From the human T2T-CHM13v2.0 reference genome, Homo sapiens: a DNA stretch of 64,000 bases. Position numbers and translations under genes: made by a program. Below the pieces are notes generated by a model. That model worked only from the letters and a program-made list of their open reading frames with translations, was not told the origin of the DNA and ran no database searches. Positions 28,298 to 43,170 of the stretch are shown here, in pieces. Position 1 is the stretch's first letter; the number at the start of each line of letters is the position of its first letter. The stretch lies in NCBI RefSeq assembly GCF_009914755.1, contig NC_060925.1; one strand, 5' to 3'.

Positions 28298-28630
28298 TTT
28301 TTGTTTGTTTGTTTGTTTTGAGACAGAGTCTCCATCTATTGCCCTGTCTGAAGTGCAGTGTCACAATCTTGGCTCACTGCAACCTCCGCCTCTTGGATTC
28401 CAGAGATTCTCCTGCCTCAGCCTCCCAAGTAGCTGGGACTCCAGGCGAGCACCACCACACACAGCTAGCTTGTTTTTTGTTTTTTGTTTTTGTTTTTTTT
28501 TTTTGTATTTTTAGTAGAAACAGGGTATCACCACATTGGCCAGGCTGGTCTCAAACTCCTGACCTCATGATCTGCCCACCTCAGCCTCCCAAAGTGCTGG
28601 GATTACAGGCATGAGCCACCGCACCTGGCC
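28298..28630 (-). mobile_element. AluS with expanded middle A-rich linker
   Basis: Full antisense Alu. The linker at 28471-28505 is tgttttttgttttttgtttttgttttttttttttg. Confidence 0.92.
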
Positions 28631-28649
28631 AATTTTACATGTTTTTAAT

Positions 28650-29690
28650 GTCAAATATTTCACACATACATTCTGGAATAATTAATATATTCACATATGC
28701 AAAGATAAGATATAAAAATATACACCATGAAAAGTGACCCTTCACTGTTGTCTCCTCTATCTTAAGTTTTCTTGGGTAGCCTTGTGTCTATAATTTTTTA
28801 ATGCATACACAAGAAAAATTTTACTTTTTTATGCAAATTATAATATATATGGTTTTACATCAACTTTCTTCCCAGTACTGTTCCATCTTAGAGATATTTC
28901 CCCATCAGTATTTAAAGATCTTTAATATTTTTAAAACTTACAGTATTCTATTGCATGAATACGCTGTAACTTATTTATCAGTTACTACCTAGTTTTTCTT
29001 GATGGACATTTAGGTTGTTTCCATTACTTTGCTATTATAAACAGTAGTGCAGTTAATAAGCTTTTAGACACATTGTTTCATGTATGTAATTTCCAAGAGG
29101 TGGAATTGATGGTTTTATATAATAATTGTATAGGAGTGTCTATTTCCTTGTACCCTCGTCAACAATTTGTCAGTGTGATAGATAAAATGGTAGGTCAGGG
29201 AGTGTTGAGTTACACTTCTTTTATTATGTGTGAAGTTGAGCATCTCTTCAAAAGTTTAGAAGTCATTTTAATTTCCTTTTTTGTGAAATATATTATTTTA
29301 TCTTAGTGAATGGATCCAACTCCATTACAGAGGATATCCCAGTTATATCAATGCCATGTAAGAAATAACTTGTCTTTTCTACACTGATTTCAAATGCTAC
29401 TTTTTAAATATTCTAAATCTCTGTATGCATTTGTGTCTGTTTCTGTTTTTTTAATCTGTTCTGTTAATATATGTTTTCATGATCTAATGCTATATTATTT
29501 TAATTCATGAGGCTTAATGATATGTTAGGTTTATAACAAAATAATTTAACTTTTGTTGTTCTTATAAATATGGTCTTTCCTTACTACATCTTCTGATGGG
29601 TTACTGTTTGCATATATAAAAGCTGTTGATCTGTGTACAATAATTTTGAGCCCCAATCTTACTAAAGTTTTTCTCTAACAGTTTCACCAA
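28650..29690 (-). mobile_element. Ancient L1ME fragments
   Basis: gatggacatttaggttgtttccattactttgctattataaacag and tgaagttgagcatctcttca are typical of antisense L1ME. Confidence 0.7.
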
Positions 29691-29699
29691 GAACAGTCT

Positions 29700-30600
29700 C
29701 CAAAAAACAATCTTTCCTGAGTTCTGAGAAATTACTTGTAGATTCTATATTTGAAGAAAATCTTAGCTGAATATCAAATACTTGGCTCACACTTTATTTC
29801 TCTAAATATCTTGTAAGTTTGGTTTCAGTGTTTTCTGTTACAGAATGATGCTGTGAGGAGTGTAAAGCCAGTCTAATATTTTCTCTTCAGTATGACTTGA
29901 TCATTTTCCCTATATGTCCAAGGAAGTTTTATTTTGTAAAATACAAAAGTTTTCCTAGGATATTTCTGTCTAAAGCATCCCAGGGCAAGTCTTTTCAAAG
30001 TACAATTTCAAACATTTCATTTCACACAAAAATATTTTTTGTATTATAGTTTCAAATACATATTCTGTTCCAGTGCAGTGCAGAATCCTCCTGAAGTACT
30101 CCAATTATGCATATGTTGAATCTGCTTTGATTGTTTCCTTTGGTTATTATTTTCTCTCCCTATTCTTTACTTTTATCTGTATCTTCTTTTTATTTTTTTT
30201 TTCATTTTCCTCCTTTCCATATCAGATGTCCTCTACAGGGCTTTGCTATCTTTATTCATTCTTATGCTCCTCCCATTGTGTCTTTATTTTAGTGATTATG
30301 TTGTTTGAACGCACATCTTCTTTTATATTTTGTCAACTCACTTTCTATTTCCTATTTTTTCTTATTTTGTTCTGAGGCTTATGCTTTATGGTTTTCAAAA
30401 CACTCATGGTAATACAAGATTAAGTTTTCTTCTTTTAAATAAAATTCAAAATGTTTTGTTATTTTCTTTATGTTCCATTGCAATTTTTTTTGGAAAGTAT
30501 GCTTATCTCTTGGTAAATTAATTGCCTCTTTTCCATAAATTTTCTGTAGTATTTTTCTTTTAATGCCATGAGAATATCTTATTACTCATCATGTAATGAG
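29700..30600 (-). mobile_element. HAL1/L1M ORF1-region remnant
   Basis: ttagctgaatatcaaatacttggctcacacttt...gatgctgtgaggagtgtaaagccagtcta, in T-rich sequence. Confidence 0.55.
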
Positions 30601-32519
30601 CTAACTTTGCTTAATTGGTTATTTGCAGGATGTTCCTGCAGAGGTGGTTATGGTGAGGGACAGAGTTCTCTCCTTTCTTGCTGCCACAGGGATAGGACAC
30701 TACTTGCAAATATGGCTTATTTGTACTGGATTACTTGAGTAGTTTCACCTACTCTGTTTTTCTGAACAAAATCAAGTTCAGAAAGCTCTTGGTTGCTGTT
30801 GTTTCTTCCCCTCACCAGCATTGCTCATCTCAGTTCCCATACCCATCCATTTAAAGAAGAACAAAGTGCCCTTGTATCTGATACCATTCCTGGGTTTCCC
30901 AAGACTCTAAAATACTTATTTGCACTTTCTCACCTGTAGTTATTGCCTGATTTCATCAGCTCTGGAAGCTCCTAAATTACATCAGAATATACCACTTGTA
31001 TTTGTTTTCTGATTTCCTAAAAAAATGCATTTTTTGATATGGCTGTTGACTTTAAGGAGAAATGGGAACTAGCTTACTAGAAAATATAAGTTTAAATATT
31101 TTGGTGTCCTTTCCACCAATAAAAATTTAAATACACATATATTCTTAAATTTTAACATTTATACATTTTCTTATAAGTAATCTTATATTTGGTGGCCCAA
31201 AGTGATGGGGAGATGAGTACAGAGCCAAATGTCTATCTGATTAGAAATGAAAGATAAATTCTCTTGGGTTGAAATAACATGTAGGAGATCATGAAGAAAA
31301 CAATAATAAGAACAATAACAGAACCAGTATAATATACAGTTTTTATTCTAATGTAATAAATATTTATCCAGCGTGAGTGTTTTACTAAAAGCAGACAACT
31401 TTAAATCCAAAATCACATATGTTTTTGAAGGGAAATATATATACAATGTATAATAAAATAATATTGAGCATAATTTCATTCAAAAATATTTTATCTTTAT
31501 AATTTCTCTGAATGAGCTAAAAAGATTATCTCTAATTACTGACTTGTTATCAAACCATATTATATCTGCATAGTATCTTTGTATAATTGTATAACTTCTG
31601 AGAAAACAGATATATAAAATTACTTCATATTTGAAGTTTTTCCTAATAAAATATTAAGATCACTAAACTGTCAAGGCTGTATGATAACCAAAATTATGTC
31701 CAAAAAGGAGCTACTAAAATAAAAAGTTACTAACTGCAGAGTCTCTTCTAGTTTTTCCCAACTCATACATCTGATATTTTGCCAATTACTGATGACTCAA
31801 CTCTGCCCTTTCTCTCTCATCCATCTTCTTAAATTCATTCCTGCTGCTACTACCAAATCAGATTTTCATTAACTTTCACCTTGGCTACAGCCTTACAGAA
31901 ACACAGAAAGTTATTATTGAAAGGAACCTTGTAGTCATAATAAGCCTACTGAATGTCAAGTCTGGATTTAAGTGCAAGCATTATTAGGTGATAGTTTGAG
32001 TCAATTGTCATAGTTTTGGTCTGGCAATCAGAAAACCATACTGATAGCCTCACTATAATCATGGTAAGGAATCTAGATAGTGAGACTAAATATGGATTCA
32101 ATCAAGCAGTCATCATCTAGAACATCTAACCTTAGAAAGTATGACTATGGAAATCACTCTGGGGCTTAGAGTAAATGTCTAAGACATTATAAGCAAACTG
32201 ACTTAAAACTAAGGTAAAAGTGGACCCAGTCAGGTAGACCGTGTTACTTACAGGCAATTTGGTGTTTGTGGATCATCTCAATAGATACTATGTCATGTGT
32301 TTGATAGGAAGCTAAATACTTGGGGAATAAACCTGGATTTCCTGTTATATGATTATGGTTAAAATTAGTATTTTGACAATGAGGTTTAGAAATAGTTACT
32401 AAAAGAAAACACTTTATTAAAAAAAAAGAGAAATCAAGTAAAAGTGGAATCAGAACTAGGAAAGACACTGATTTCTCCTATAAAGACACGCAGTTTTATT
32501 CACTATTGAAAGGTAAGAA

Positions 32520-32650
32520 TACATTATAATAATAGCTAACACATGTTAAGCATTTGTTTTATGCCAGGCATTATTCTAAGCATTTTCGCTGTGTGAAATC
32601 ATTTAATCCTCTCAGTCCTGTGAGGCAAATTATATGATTATTCATAATTA
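32520..32650 (-). mobile_element. MIR
   Basis: aataatagctaacacatgttaagcattt...atgccaggcattattctaagc...atttaatcctc. Confidence 0.7.
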
Positions 32651-33779
32651 ACTTTAAAAAAATAGAACAAAGAATTGTTAAGTAACTTTTTAATCATAAT
32701 CACTTGGAATGGAAGACTCTTAGAAACTATGTATAAGCATACGGCTACTGTTACCTCATTTCAGTCAGAGAAGATTCCCCTTAGAAGATCCTCTATAGAC
32801 CCTCAGTGTCCTATATTGAATCTAAATTCGTATTATATTTGTAGTAAGTACACCCAGATCTTAATTTTGTTTTACATATGTTATATCTACATAATTAGTA
32901 AGAAGAACAAATCTCTATATGTCCTTTGATGTTAAGCATGTTAGGCTACATTAATATTTAACATCTAAGCAAGGAGCTCTAAAAAACTCCTAAATCAAGA
33001 AGGTTTATATTTTCCTATGTTTGCCTACATATTGCAGTGTAATTGAGGAAGCAATTTTTAGTCTTTAATTAATTGGAACTGTAATTATTCAGCCTAGAGA
33101 AGTAAATACTAAAAATCAATTTAATAAAGATTTTCAGCTACATAAGGAGCTCTCAAGGTGATCATGACTATTTCCATTTAAAAACTGGATTTATCTGATA
33201 GCACAAAAGATGAGTGAAATATTCCTGACAGTGAGGGTTAGCAAATTTTAGAAAATAAAAAGGTTGTAGAAATTCTTTTTATAAATGCGTTTTTAAATCT
33301 TGTTCATATTTATCATCCTACTTATGATACTATCTGTACATGAATAAGTTACTTAAAATATGTTTCTTTTTCTATCTTGAATGATTTTGTGGTTGGAAAT
33401 AACAATTAGTTTGCTTAAATCTGCTCATACTACAATTAATCATGTATTTCTCTTTGATAATAAAATAATATTTTTTCTTCACATTTTAGTGAAGTCAAAA
33501 CTTGGAAAACATAAAATCTTACTGGAACTGTGTTATTGTCAGAAGAATACCACTGTGTTTAACTTAAATGATAATTAAGACTCGCATATTTGAAAGTTTA
33601 ATATAAGAAAGGGAAGTAGGAAGTTCCAAAAAGTAATGATGAAAGACACTCTTATTTTTAAGCCATGACCATTCCTGGAAGAAAACAGAAACTGGGACAC
33701 AGGCGAAACACTGAGGTTCCATAGTTGGCAAAGATTTGTATGCCTGGATAGATTAGAATTCAATGTATTACCTCCTGTT

Positions 33780-34180
33780 CTTATTAACAGCCCCCCTTGC
33801 TATAGCCTCTTAAAAGGTTTCCCAACTCTACTCTGCCATCCACCGAGGCCGACAGAGTAATTCTTTTTCCAAATGCAAATCTGATCATTTCACTTCCCAA
33901 CCTAGCTATCTACCATCTCCTGCCACTGCTTCTTTTCTTTGTTCTCTCAAAACTCAGCTTGCAGGATCCCTCCTCCCTCCACTTAGGGGATGTTCCCTTA
34001 GAATGCACCCTCATAGCCCCTTACATTTCTGCTTTTCAAAGTGTTTCATTATGTGATGTGTTGTACTGAATGTCTGTCTCCCAAAGGCTAGGAGCTCCTC
34101 TAGAACAAGGACTCTATCCTCTTTACTGTCATATTTCAAGTGCAGCTCTTTCCCTGGCATAGAACAGGTTCTCCATTACT
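33780..34180 (+). mobile_element. L2 fragment
   Basis: aaatgcaaatctgatcatttcacttccc and ctaggagctcctctagaacaaggac. Confidence 0.6.
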
Positions 34181-34719
34181 CCAGTAGAAAAAGGAGCAAA
34201 ACTGCTAAGAACAATGTTTCCTCTTCTAATCTTGTAATGTATTCAATCATTCAACAAAACATTTAGTGAAGATTTAGTTTTATGCTAAGACCTAAGGCAA
34301 CAATGGTCAAAAGAGATACCTAAACCTTGCTCCAATTCAGTTTCTAAGTTATTAACAATTACGCACACAATTTGAAATTTTCAAATTTTAAAAAAGACAT
34401 GTTTTTCCCATAGATTTTAGTTTATGATGGTGATTATATTTTCCTAAATTCTGTTGATCTGGAGAGGAGCTTGCTCATAATTACAACACCCAACTTCACA
34501 AAACGGCATTTTAGAGGCAAGTTAAACAAACAGATAGAAACATCTCATAAACCACAAAAGAAGGAATTAGTAGTCCCTAGGGCATAACTCTAATATAGAT
34601 TATTCCAAGTTTATTTTCACATTCTTTATCATTCCTATTATGAATATTATCAGTTTACTTGTTCCTTGAAAAAAATTTAAATCTTATCTGTTTCCACAGT
34701 GAATAATTCAAGGTGTGTA

Positions 34720-34741
34720 TACACACACACACACACACACA
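34720..34741. repeat. (CA)n microsatellite
   Basis: About 10 CA units. Confidence 0.9.
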
Positions 34742-37111
34742 GGAGAGCTTAAATATTAGTACTTAAGATAGTACCATTCCCTTCATTATATTCTATTATT
34801 TGTCATATAACATGTCACCTAACTAAAAATTGTTCAATCATAAAATGATAGATTATTCAAATGTCTAGCCACAATAGCTGCAGTGAAAAGCCTTAGCTCT
34901 GAGTATTTGATGAGTGTTCAATTAAGACCTCAAACCTTGTTTCTCTTTGGGCACCGTTATTTTAAGTAGCTATAATTTATTCATCTTTATACATAAAACA
35001 TGTACAATTTTAATAGTTGTATATGATACAAAATTTGAACATTTAAGGATATGTTACACCACATTAAGTTTAACCCACATTTATGTCTTGGATGATAGAT
35101 GCAAGAATTCCAACTGAGGCGATTTTATGAACCAGCTAAATGATTTGTATTCAGAACAGCATTAAAAATCCCCATGACAAAGTGTACTTGAACAAAAATA
35201 CCCTGCTTGTGACACATCCTTTACAAGTAATGTGTTTTCATTTTTCACATGTTGCATCTCATTTATTTTATTCAGGCACACATACCTAAATCGGCAAGAT
35301 ACTGCAAGCTTCCAATACCTTTGAAATAATAAATCACTTCTTGCAGATGTTTTCACCCGCTGCAAGGCTGCCGTTCATTAATCAAACATTATCATTTTCT
35401 ATCAGTGCCCAGTGTTAAACAGAAAAGGCACTTCATTTTGAGTTCTGACTTTCATCTTTCATTCACTGGTTACACCCTGACCCCACAAAACTTACTGCTT
35501 CCATTCTGGAAATGTGAAACCTCCTACAGCGTAATAGATTTTGCAGCAAAAAATCCTAAATGGTATTATATTTTCTGAATTCAATATGCTTTATCAGGAG
35601 CTAAATCAAACCAGATTTTAAAAATGCCAAATAAATGCAGTCATAATAGGCATTTAAAATTAGGTACACAATAATAATAAATTTATAACATAAGCTCTTT
35701 TTCTATGAATATATTTAATATCTAACACATCAAATTGCTAGAACAAAGATTCAGAGATATATTTTTTAATTTAGCTTAAGCTATTAAAATCATTTCAGAA
35801 GCCAAAGAAAGGCAATTTATCTACCTACTATAATTTTTAAGCCCACAAAAAGAAAATGGAACAAAGTGAGAGACAACTGTAAAATCTTTCTCATTTTTTT
35901 TTATTCTCTAAGTAAATAAATAATAGAGAATGATCAATTTATAATACAAGAAATCAAGATGATCTTACGGATCATGAGTCACTATATTCATTCTATAAAT
36001 AGTCATATAACCTAAAAAAAGGACAACTGATTTAATCTAGATTGCTTTACTGCCTTAAAAACAGCTCAAGAGTACAGATGCTGCAAAAGAGAATTTTAGA
36101 AATCACTTTCATTTTCTCTTAAAAAATTCTCATGTTATTCATCCTCTTTGACTAACATCTCCTAACCTATAAGAACATAAAGCTAACATTCACTTAAAAT
36201 CTGACCTGATAATGAATTCATAAACTAGAAATGGCCACGCAATTGAATAAAAAGGAAATAGTTTATAAATATTCTGTTTCATCATTATGAATTGGTATCA
36301 TTACTGATTATTCACAATCTGTCTCCCATTAAGGTATAGTGCTAATAACTTTACACATGGATATGGCCCCCTTCCCAGTAAATTTATAATAAACATTATG
36401 TGAATTTGTGCAGGAGAATTTTCCAGAAAAAGATCTGAAGAATTCAGAGTAAATAAGAAAAGCTAAAAGCAAAGCATATTATCAAGATTTCATTCAGGTC
36501 TCAACAAAACCCACATAATTTTAATTTGAGGGCGGAAGGGTGAGGGACATTTCTATTGCAGTATTTTATATGGTGAAGATCCTGAGCATGGTAGGCCTAA
36601 GGCAGTTTCCTATGATATCAATCAAGAAACTCAGATGCTTTTTCACTGTCTCTAGGATAAATCTAAACTCTGTAAACTTCTTAACCTCGGGTATATGACC
36701 CATAATTGTTTATTTGTCTCCTACCCTCATGTCCTATCTACTGTTATTTACTCTCTGCCTCCCTCAGCATGCTTCCTAGGCATATGCCATCCCATAAGTA
36801 TCACAGTTTTCCAAATCGCCCTCTTCTTTCAAGTCTCCGTGTTATGGTGGACACCACTTTATCTGCCAGTGATGATCCTGCTTCAATTTTTCTATCTAAC
36901 ATACTCCCACCCCTCCAGATTAAAGACTCAACCCCCTAGATGGTCATTTATCTATCTTCTCTGTCCTCCCTTTGTACGTCACTACAATAATATTTTTCCC
37001 CTTAAACACCTATGAGCATCTCTGGGAAGAGAGTATGCCTAAATTCTTTACCGAAGGACAAGTATAGTGCATGGACAAATAATACCTTTCAAAAATCTGA
37101 CAAATCATTAA

Positions 37112-37475
<364 letters not shown>

Positions 37476-38620
37476 AAAATGTCAATTTCTTAGTTGTCTT
37501 ATATTCTGTTGTCTTTGTATTCTCATGATAATTTTTCTTGTCTTTTTATATTTTCATGAGACCAGTGTCCCCCTTTTCCTTCTCTTCTATTCTCCCTACC
37601 TTCTCCTCTCACCTTTTTATAGGGAAGGGTCTGCAATATTTTTGTACTAAGTGTTAAATGAGTAATAACGATAAAATTCTATCCTTCCAGACACACATAC
37701 ATAAACACACACACACATTTAACAAAGGATAAACATAAGGTATGGTCCTTATACGAAATAATAAGGCTTTAATTATGAAACTGTGAGTATAGACTGAAGA
37801 GTGATGGAGAAAAATCAGAATCAGATCTCTGTTGAAGTCTGAACTTTGTATCTAGCAGTGATCAATATTGTGCGTGTGCTCTCCATACATGTGCACAATA
37901 ACTTATCAAGGTGTCTCTACAGTTTATAACCCCCACCTTATCTTAGCCAACCCAACAATCTCAAAAATTAACGAGTTAAGTAAAGATGCCATTCACAGAA
38001 TTGCACAGGGCCAAATAGATTACAGAATATGTAGCTATAAATATACACTGTCCTGCTTCCATAACGCATTTGAAATAATCTAATATGATGGATAGATAAT
38101 TACAATGATTGAGCACTGAAATTAACCCTGAGATTTTTTGCATTGAAGTAAAATGAAATTATTAGAAATCAATATCTGATGAAAGAAAGCTTACTGACTC
38201 ATTAGGAGCCAAACTATTTTCCTATCACTAAATTCTTTAAGGAATTCTATGACATCAGCCAATATATAAAGATTTACTGACCAATATAATATAATTTTTA
38301 TAGTGATTTCACAAAAGATACAAGATTTCATTATGGGACCCTTTAATATTCATAAAAGTTCAGGGAGTTATAATAAAGTAATATATATTTCCATATATTT
38401 TCACGATTATGTGAGGTATTCTATTGTATATAATCTTTCTGTATAGAATCTCCAATACATATTATTTGACATAAGCAGCAAAAGCATACCAATAGAAAGA
38501 ATAATTTGATCACTACATTGTTCTATTTGTCAGAAATGTCCTTTATAAAAATAAAGACATACTATTAAATGGTAAATAATAATTAAAAATAACGTGAAAA
38601 TAGTCAATAAAAATGACTAT

Positions 38621-38991
38621 GGTATTAGTCTGCTTTCATGCTGCCGATAAACATATACCTGAGACTGGGTAATTTATAAAGAAAAATGGAATCGCAGTTC
38701 CATGTGGACTGAGCTCGCAGTTCCATGTGGCTGGGGAGGCCTCACAATCAGCAGCAGATGAAAAGTATGTCTTACATGGTGGTGGCAAGAGAGAATGAGA
38801 ACAAAGAGAAAAGGGTTTCCCTTATAAAACCATCAGATCTTGTGAGACTTATTCATAACCACAAGAACAGTATGGGGAAACCGCCTCCATGATTCAATTA
38901 TCTCCCACCCCGTCCCTCTCACAACATGTAGGAATTATGGGAACTACAATTCAAGATGAGGTTTGGGTGAGGACACAGCCAAACCATATCA
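38621..38991 (-). mobile_element. MaLR solo LTR (THE1B-like)
   Basis: gtattagtctgctttcatgctgccgataaa...ggacacagccaaaccatatca, with an internal duplication. Confidence 0.9.
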
Positions 38992-40839
38992 GCTACCACA
39001 ACAGAAATAGTTTTCTAACTGTTGTGACCTACTTGAATATACACAAGCATACTTGACCCTTGCATTTCCTAAGAAAAAAACTTTGGCAATTAATTTAGTG
39101 AAGAGGAATTCTGAAAATGAACAAAATCCTCTGGGATCCCACAATGAAGTGTCATGGATCTGATTTTTAAAATTACTGCACAGCTCACACAAAAGTATGT
39201 ACATCTTTTTCCTTAGAGGCTAAGACATGGTCTCTTGAAGCTTAGCTCTCCTACTCTGTTAAGCCTCAAATAGAGCGAGACACATTTGTGACTGCTGTTT
39301 CAGCTCTCAGAAGATGCTTTTTGCAAGTTCCTTCCACTGCTGCCTGCTGAAATACATCCAGCTTCCCAGATCCAAAGTAATAGAAGTAATTTCCTATGGA
39401 GTTAAATTTGTTTTGTTTTGCTTTGCTTTTGCTTAAACAAGTTGATTTCTAAAATTCAGCTTGGACAAGGAAATTAAAATTTTGGTGACAACAATAAAAG
39501 TTAAAATACTTAAAAACAGTCTTTTTATAGCAGAAGCAATCAAATTAGAATAACAAGCATAGGAATACACAAAGCACTGCTGCAGAAGACTCTGCCTCCA
39601 CCCCGCCCCAACCAAGGGAAACAAAAACTTTAAAAACTGTACACATTTGATATAAATTTGAATGAACTCATGTTAGCTTGTGTTGTGAGCCAGTTAACAG
39701 AAATATTGACGTTAAAGGTTCTTTTTGAGTCATTTAGCTTTCACTGTTTTGGGAGAAATCAGGATGAAAAGGGTTAGCATGCCTAGGAAACTAAAAAGAA
39801 GGACACACTTTACTTTTTACTTTTTAATAATATAACTGCTAAAGAACATCATTATTTATTACGTAGAAATAAAGGCTTAGAAGACAAGAGTGACTTTTCA
39901 AAATACCTACATTTCCTGAGCTCTAATTTTGTCATATTTCCATTTTTATTTGTAAATCTAAATGTACCATTTTCCAGTAACTAGCAATCTTATAATTCAC
40001 AACAACACATCTTATGCAACAAATAACCAAGCCAAACTGTCATATTCTACCTACGGAGCAGTTGTTCTGGCAGCCCAGCAAGAAGAAGGAGAATAATGTT
40101 CTCCACTTGTAGCATGCAGAAATTCACTAATCCCCTTCTTTTCACGGAAGATCTTTCTGTCTTGTGTCCTCTGGTCTAGACATTGGGTTTATCCTCTTTA
40201 CTGAACAACAGAATTCTCAAGCTACTCAAGATGAATGAGGGAATCAAGGGGTCTAGCTACTTTTTTTAATACACTCTTCATAAATTCCCTATTTTTTGGC
40301 CTTGTCTTCACTCTTATTTCCACAGCTACCTGGTACTACCAATCTTGAAACCTTAAGTAGGTTCAGTAGTACACATTATGATACTTCTCCAGTCTGGTTA
40401 AGGATTTAGCTTTCTTGGGTCTGCTAAGTCCAACCTCATGTAGCCATCTGCTTTTCAACTTCCAAAATGTTGTCATTTCTGCTCCTTTCTATTCTTTTTT
40501 TCCTTCTGGGCTTATGATTTTTGACAAATCCTGTTGCTTTCATTTTTGTGACAATCCAGGACAGGATATAGAGATACACTTGCATTTGGTCTGCCATTTT
40601 TAAATGAAATCCTCATTAAACTAATTTTATAAAGAAGAATTTCCATCGATAAATTGTATCATACTTTGTCTCAATACTTAGGAATTTTTTATTTTTTTTT
40701 TTTTCAAAAGACTGACTGGATCTATGAGATCTATTTCCAGGTGTGACTTTGCTTACTATAAATGGTCAATATTCCAAGAATGAACTTGGGCTTGATTCAA
40801 AACTCAACTGCAATTTCTTAACTCTGCTGCATGATTGTA

Positions 40840-41141
<302 letters not shown>

Positions 41142-42479
41142 TGTATTCTTTAGGACCTTCACTGTTCAATTAGCCTGCCAGTAAGCAAGGATTAGGGAAA
41201 ACAAAATGAGTTATGACTTTCTGTAGATATTTATTCACTAAAAATTATAAAGAATATTAAAATTTGTATTTTTAAATTAAATTTCCAAATTCTAAAACAT
41301 GCAGTCTTGCCCATCAGCTGCCTCACTCTTATGACTTATAAAGTTGTCAATATTTTTTATGGGCAAATGTAATATAAAGCAAATTATTTTTTGACATTGT
41401 TGAATGATCTCCTCTCAATCAGTGAAAACACATTCTCTTGCCATTACTGACTAAGCAACTGGTTTTATTTTTAATACATTGTGTGTAAATGAACAACCAT
41501 CCATCTTCTTGTAGTCATAAATATATCTGATAAAAGATGATTCCCTAACAAAGGAACCACGGGCGTCTAGAAATAACAGTTTATGCTGCAATTTTTATCT
41601 TAATAACGGTATCAGAAAACTGATAATTCAACATCAATAACGTGTTCCAATTAGAAATATATTTATTATATAACTAGCAGAAAATGTTGAAGACTGGTAG
41701 TTTCTGAAATTCTTCTCAGAGACCATGCACTAGAAACAATGGAACCACAGATTTGCTAATTAGAATTATTCCTGAATAATCATTAAAGCAAACAGCAGCT
41801 TTTGCGTTTGAATTTCACATGAAAATTCAAACACTTTTGAGACCAATAGATAGTTGAAATAGACCTATAGGAACACAACTACTGAAATTAAAAGGTATTC
41901 AGTTGCTTGTTTCTGTTCATGAGTACTAGTTTTATTCTACAGATAGTACCTACAGTTTGCAGCAAATAAGCCAAAACAACAAGAAAATATCTTGTTTGGT
42001 TATACTAGAATTCAATGGCTGTTAATGCTCTATTACACACTTAAATTAGTTTTATGTTTTAGTTTTATAAATTAGTCTTCTCTGCATATCTAAATATATA
42101 TTTCCTAATGAGGTTTAATATTCAAGGAGATAAATATGAGAAAATGCTTTGAAACCAATTATAGGAATAATCTTACATAATCTGCAAATGCTGATCAAAA
42201 TACATCATTTCTACAATGTCAATACTGGGAAAATATAGCTTTATTAGGTTGAAAATAATTATTTTGACTTTTATGATAATGGTTAGATTTGATTATATGT
42301 ACATAGGGATAAATACAACATTGAAAACACTAAGCCACATAAATTTAAAACATCGTGTAATTCGAACAGCTTCTTACTAGTGGTTTATTTTTTAATGTTC
42401 TCATTAAAGTTCCTGATATTAAATTATAAGGAAAAAAGACCTAAGAATTTAGACTTAAATAATAATTAATTACTTCAGC

Positions 42480-43170
42480 ATTTGCCCAAGTTCAATCTCT
42501 AATCATCACTCTCCTGCACTGTATAACCTCTGTCCAGCCCATCTCCACATGTCCAGTCTCATCACTTTTAAATTCATCATCTACCCAGAAAGCCTACACT
42601 GCATAAAACCTTTTCATCACTTTTCGTATTCAGTAGAATAAATGCCCAACTTTTCTAACCTACTAACAAGCCCTCTATGACTGTATGACTTGCTTCTTGC
42701 CTTACACTTCAGCCTAAAGACTAAAAAATTGGACTGTCACAGATCCAGAAACACTAGAGGTTTATAATGCTAGTTCACTGAACACCTGGCTCTCTGGAAC
42801 CATCTTTCAGAAAAAAACCTTCTCCCTCTAACTTCTCTTTTCCTGTTAACTCCTAATCATCTTTGCAACTCAGTAAAGACACCACTTCTTCTAGGAAGTT
42901 TTCTATGGCTCCCTCCCTGACCCAATACACATCCTCACACTTAAAAGTCATCCCAGGAATGTTGGACCTACCCATTGTGCGCCCACAACTCTCTGGGAAT
43001 CTCTCTATCACTACTTATGTTATTACCATATTTTGTTGTAATTATGTTACTTTACACCCAATGAATCTCTGATCTTTGTGAAGTCAAGAAAAATGTTTTC
43101 CCCTTCATTGAATGCGTAATAACAGGTACCTAGACAGACCATAGTAAATGCTGGTAGAATGAATATATAA
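42480..43170 (+). mobile_element. L2 fragments
   Basis: caccacttcttctaggaagttttctatg, with 3' end catagtaaatgctggtagaatgaat. Confidence 0.6.
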
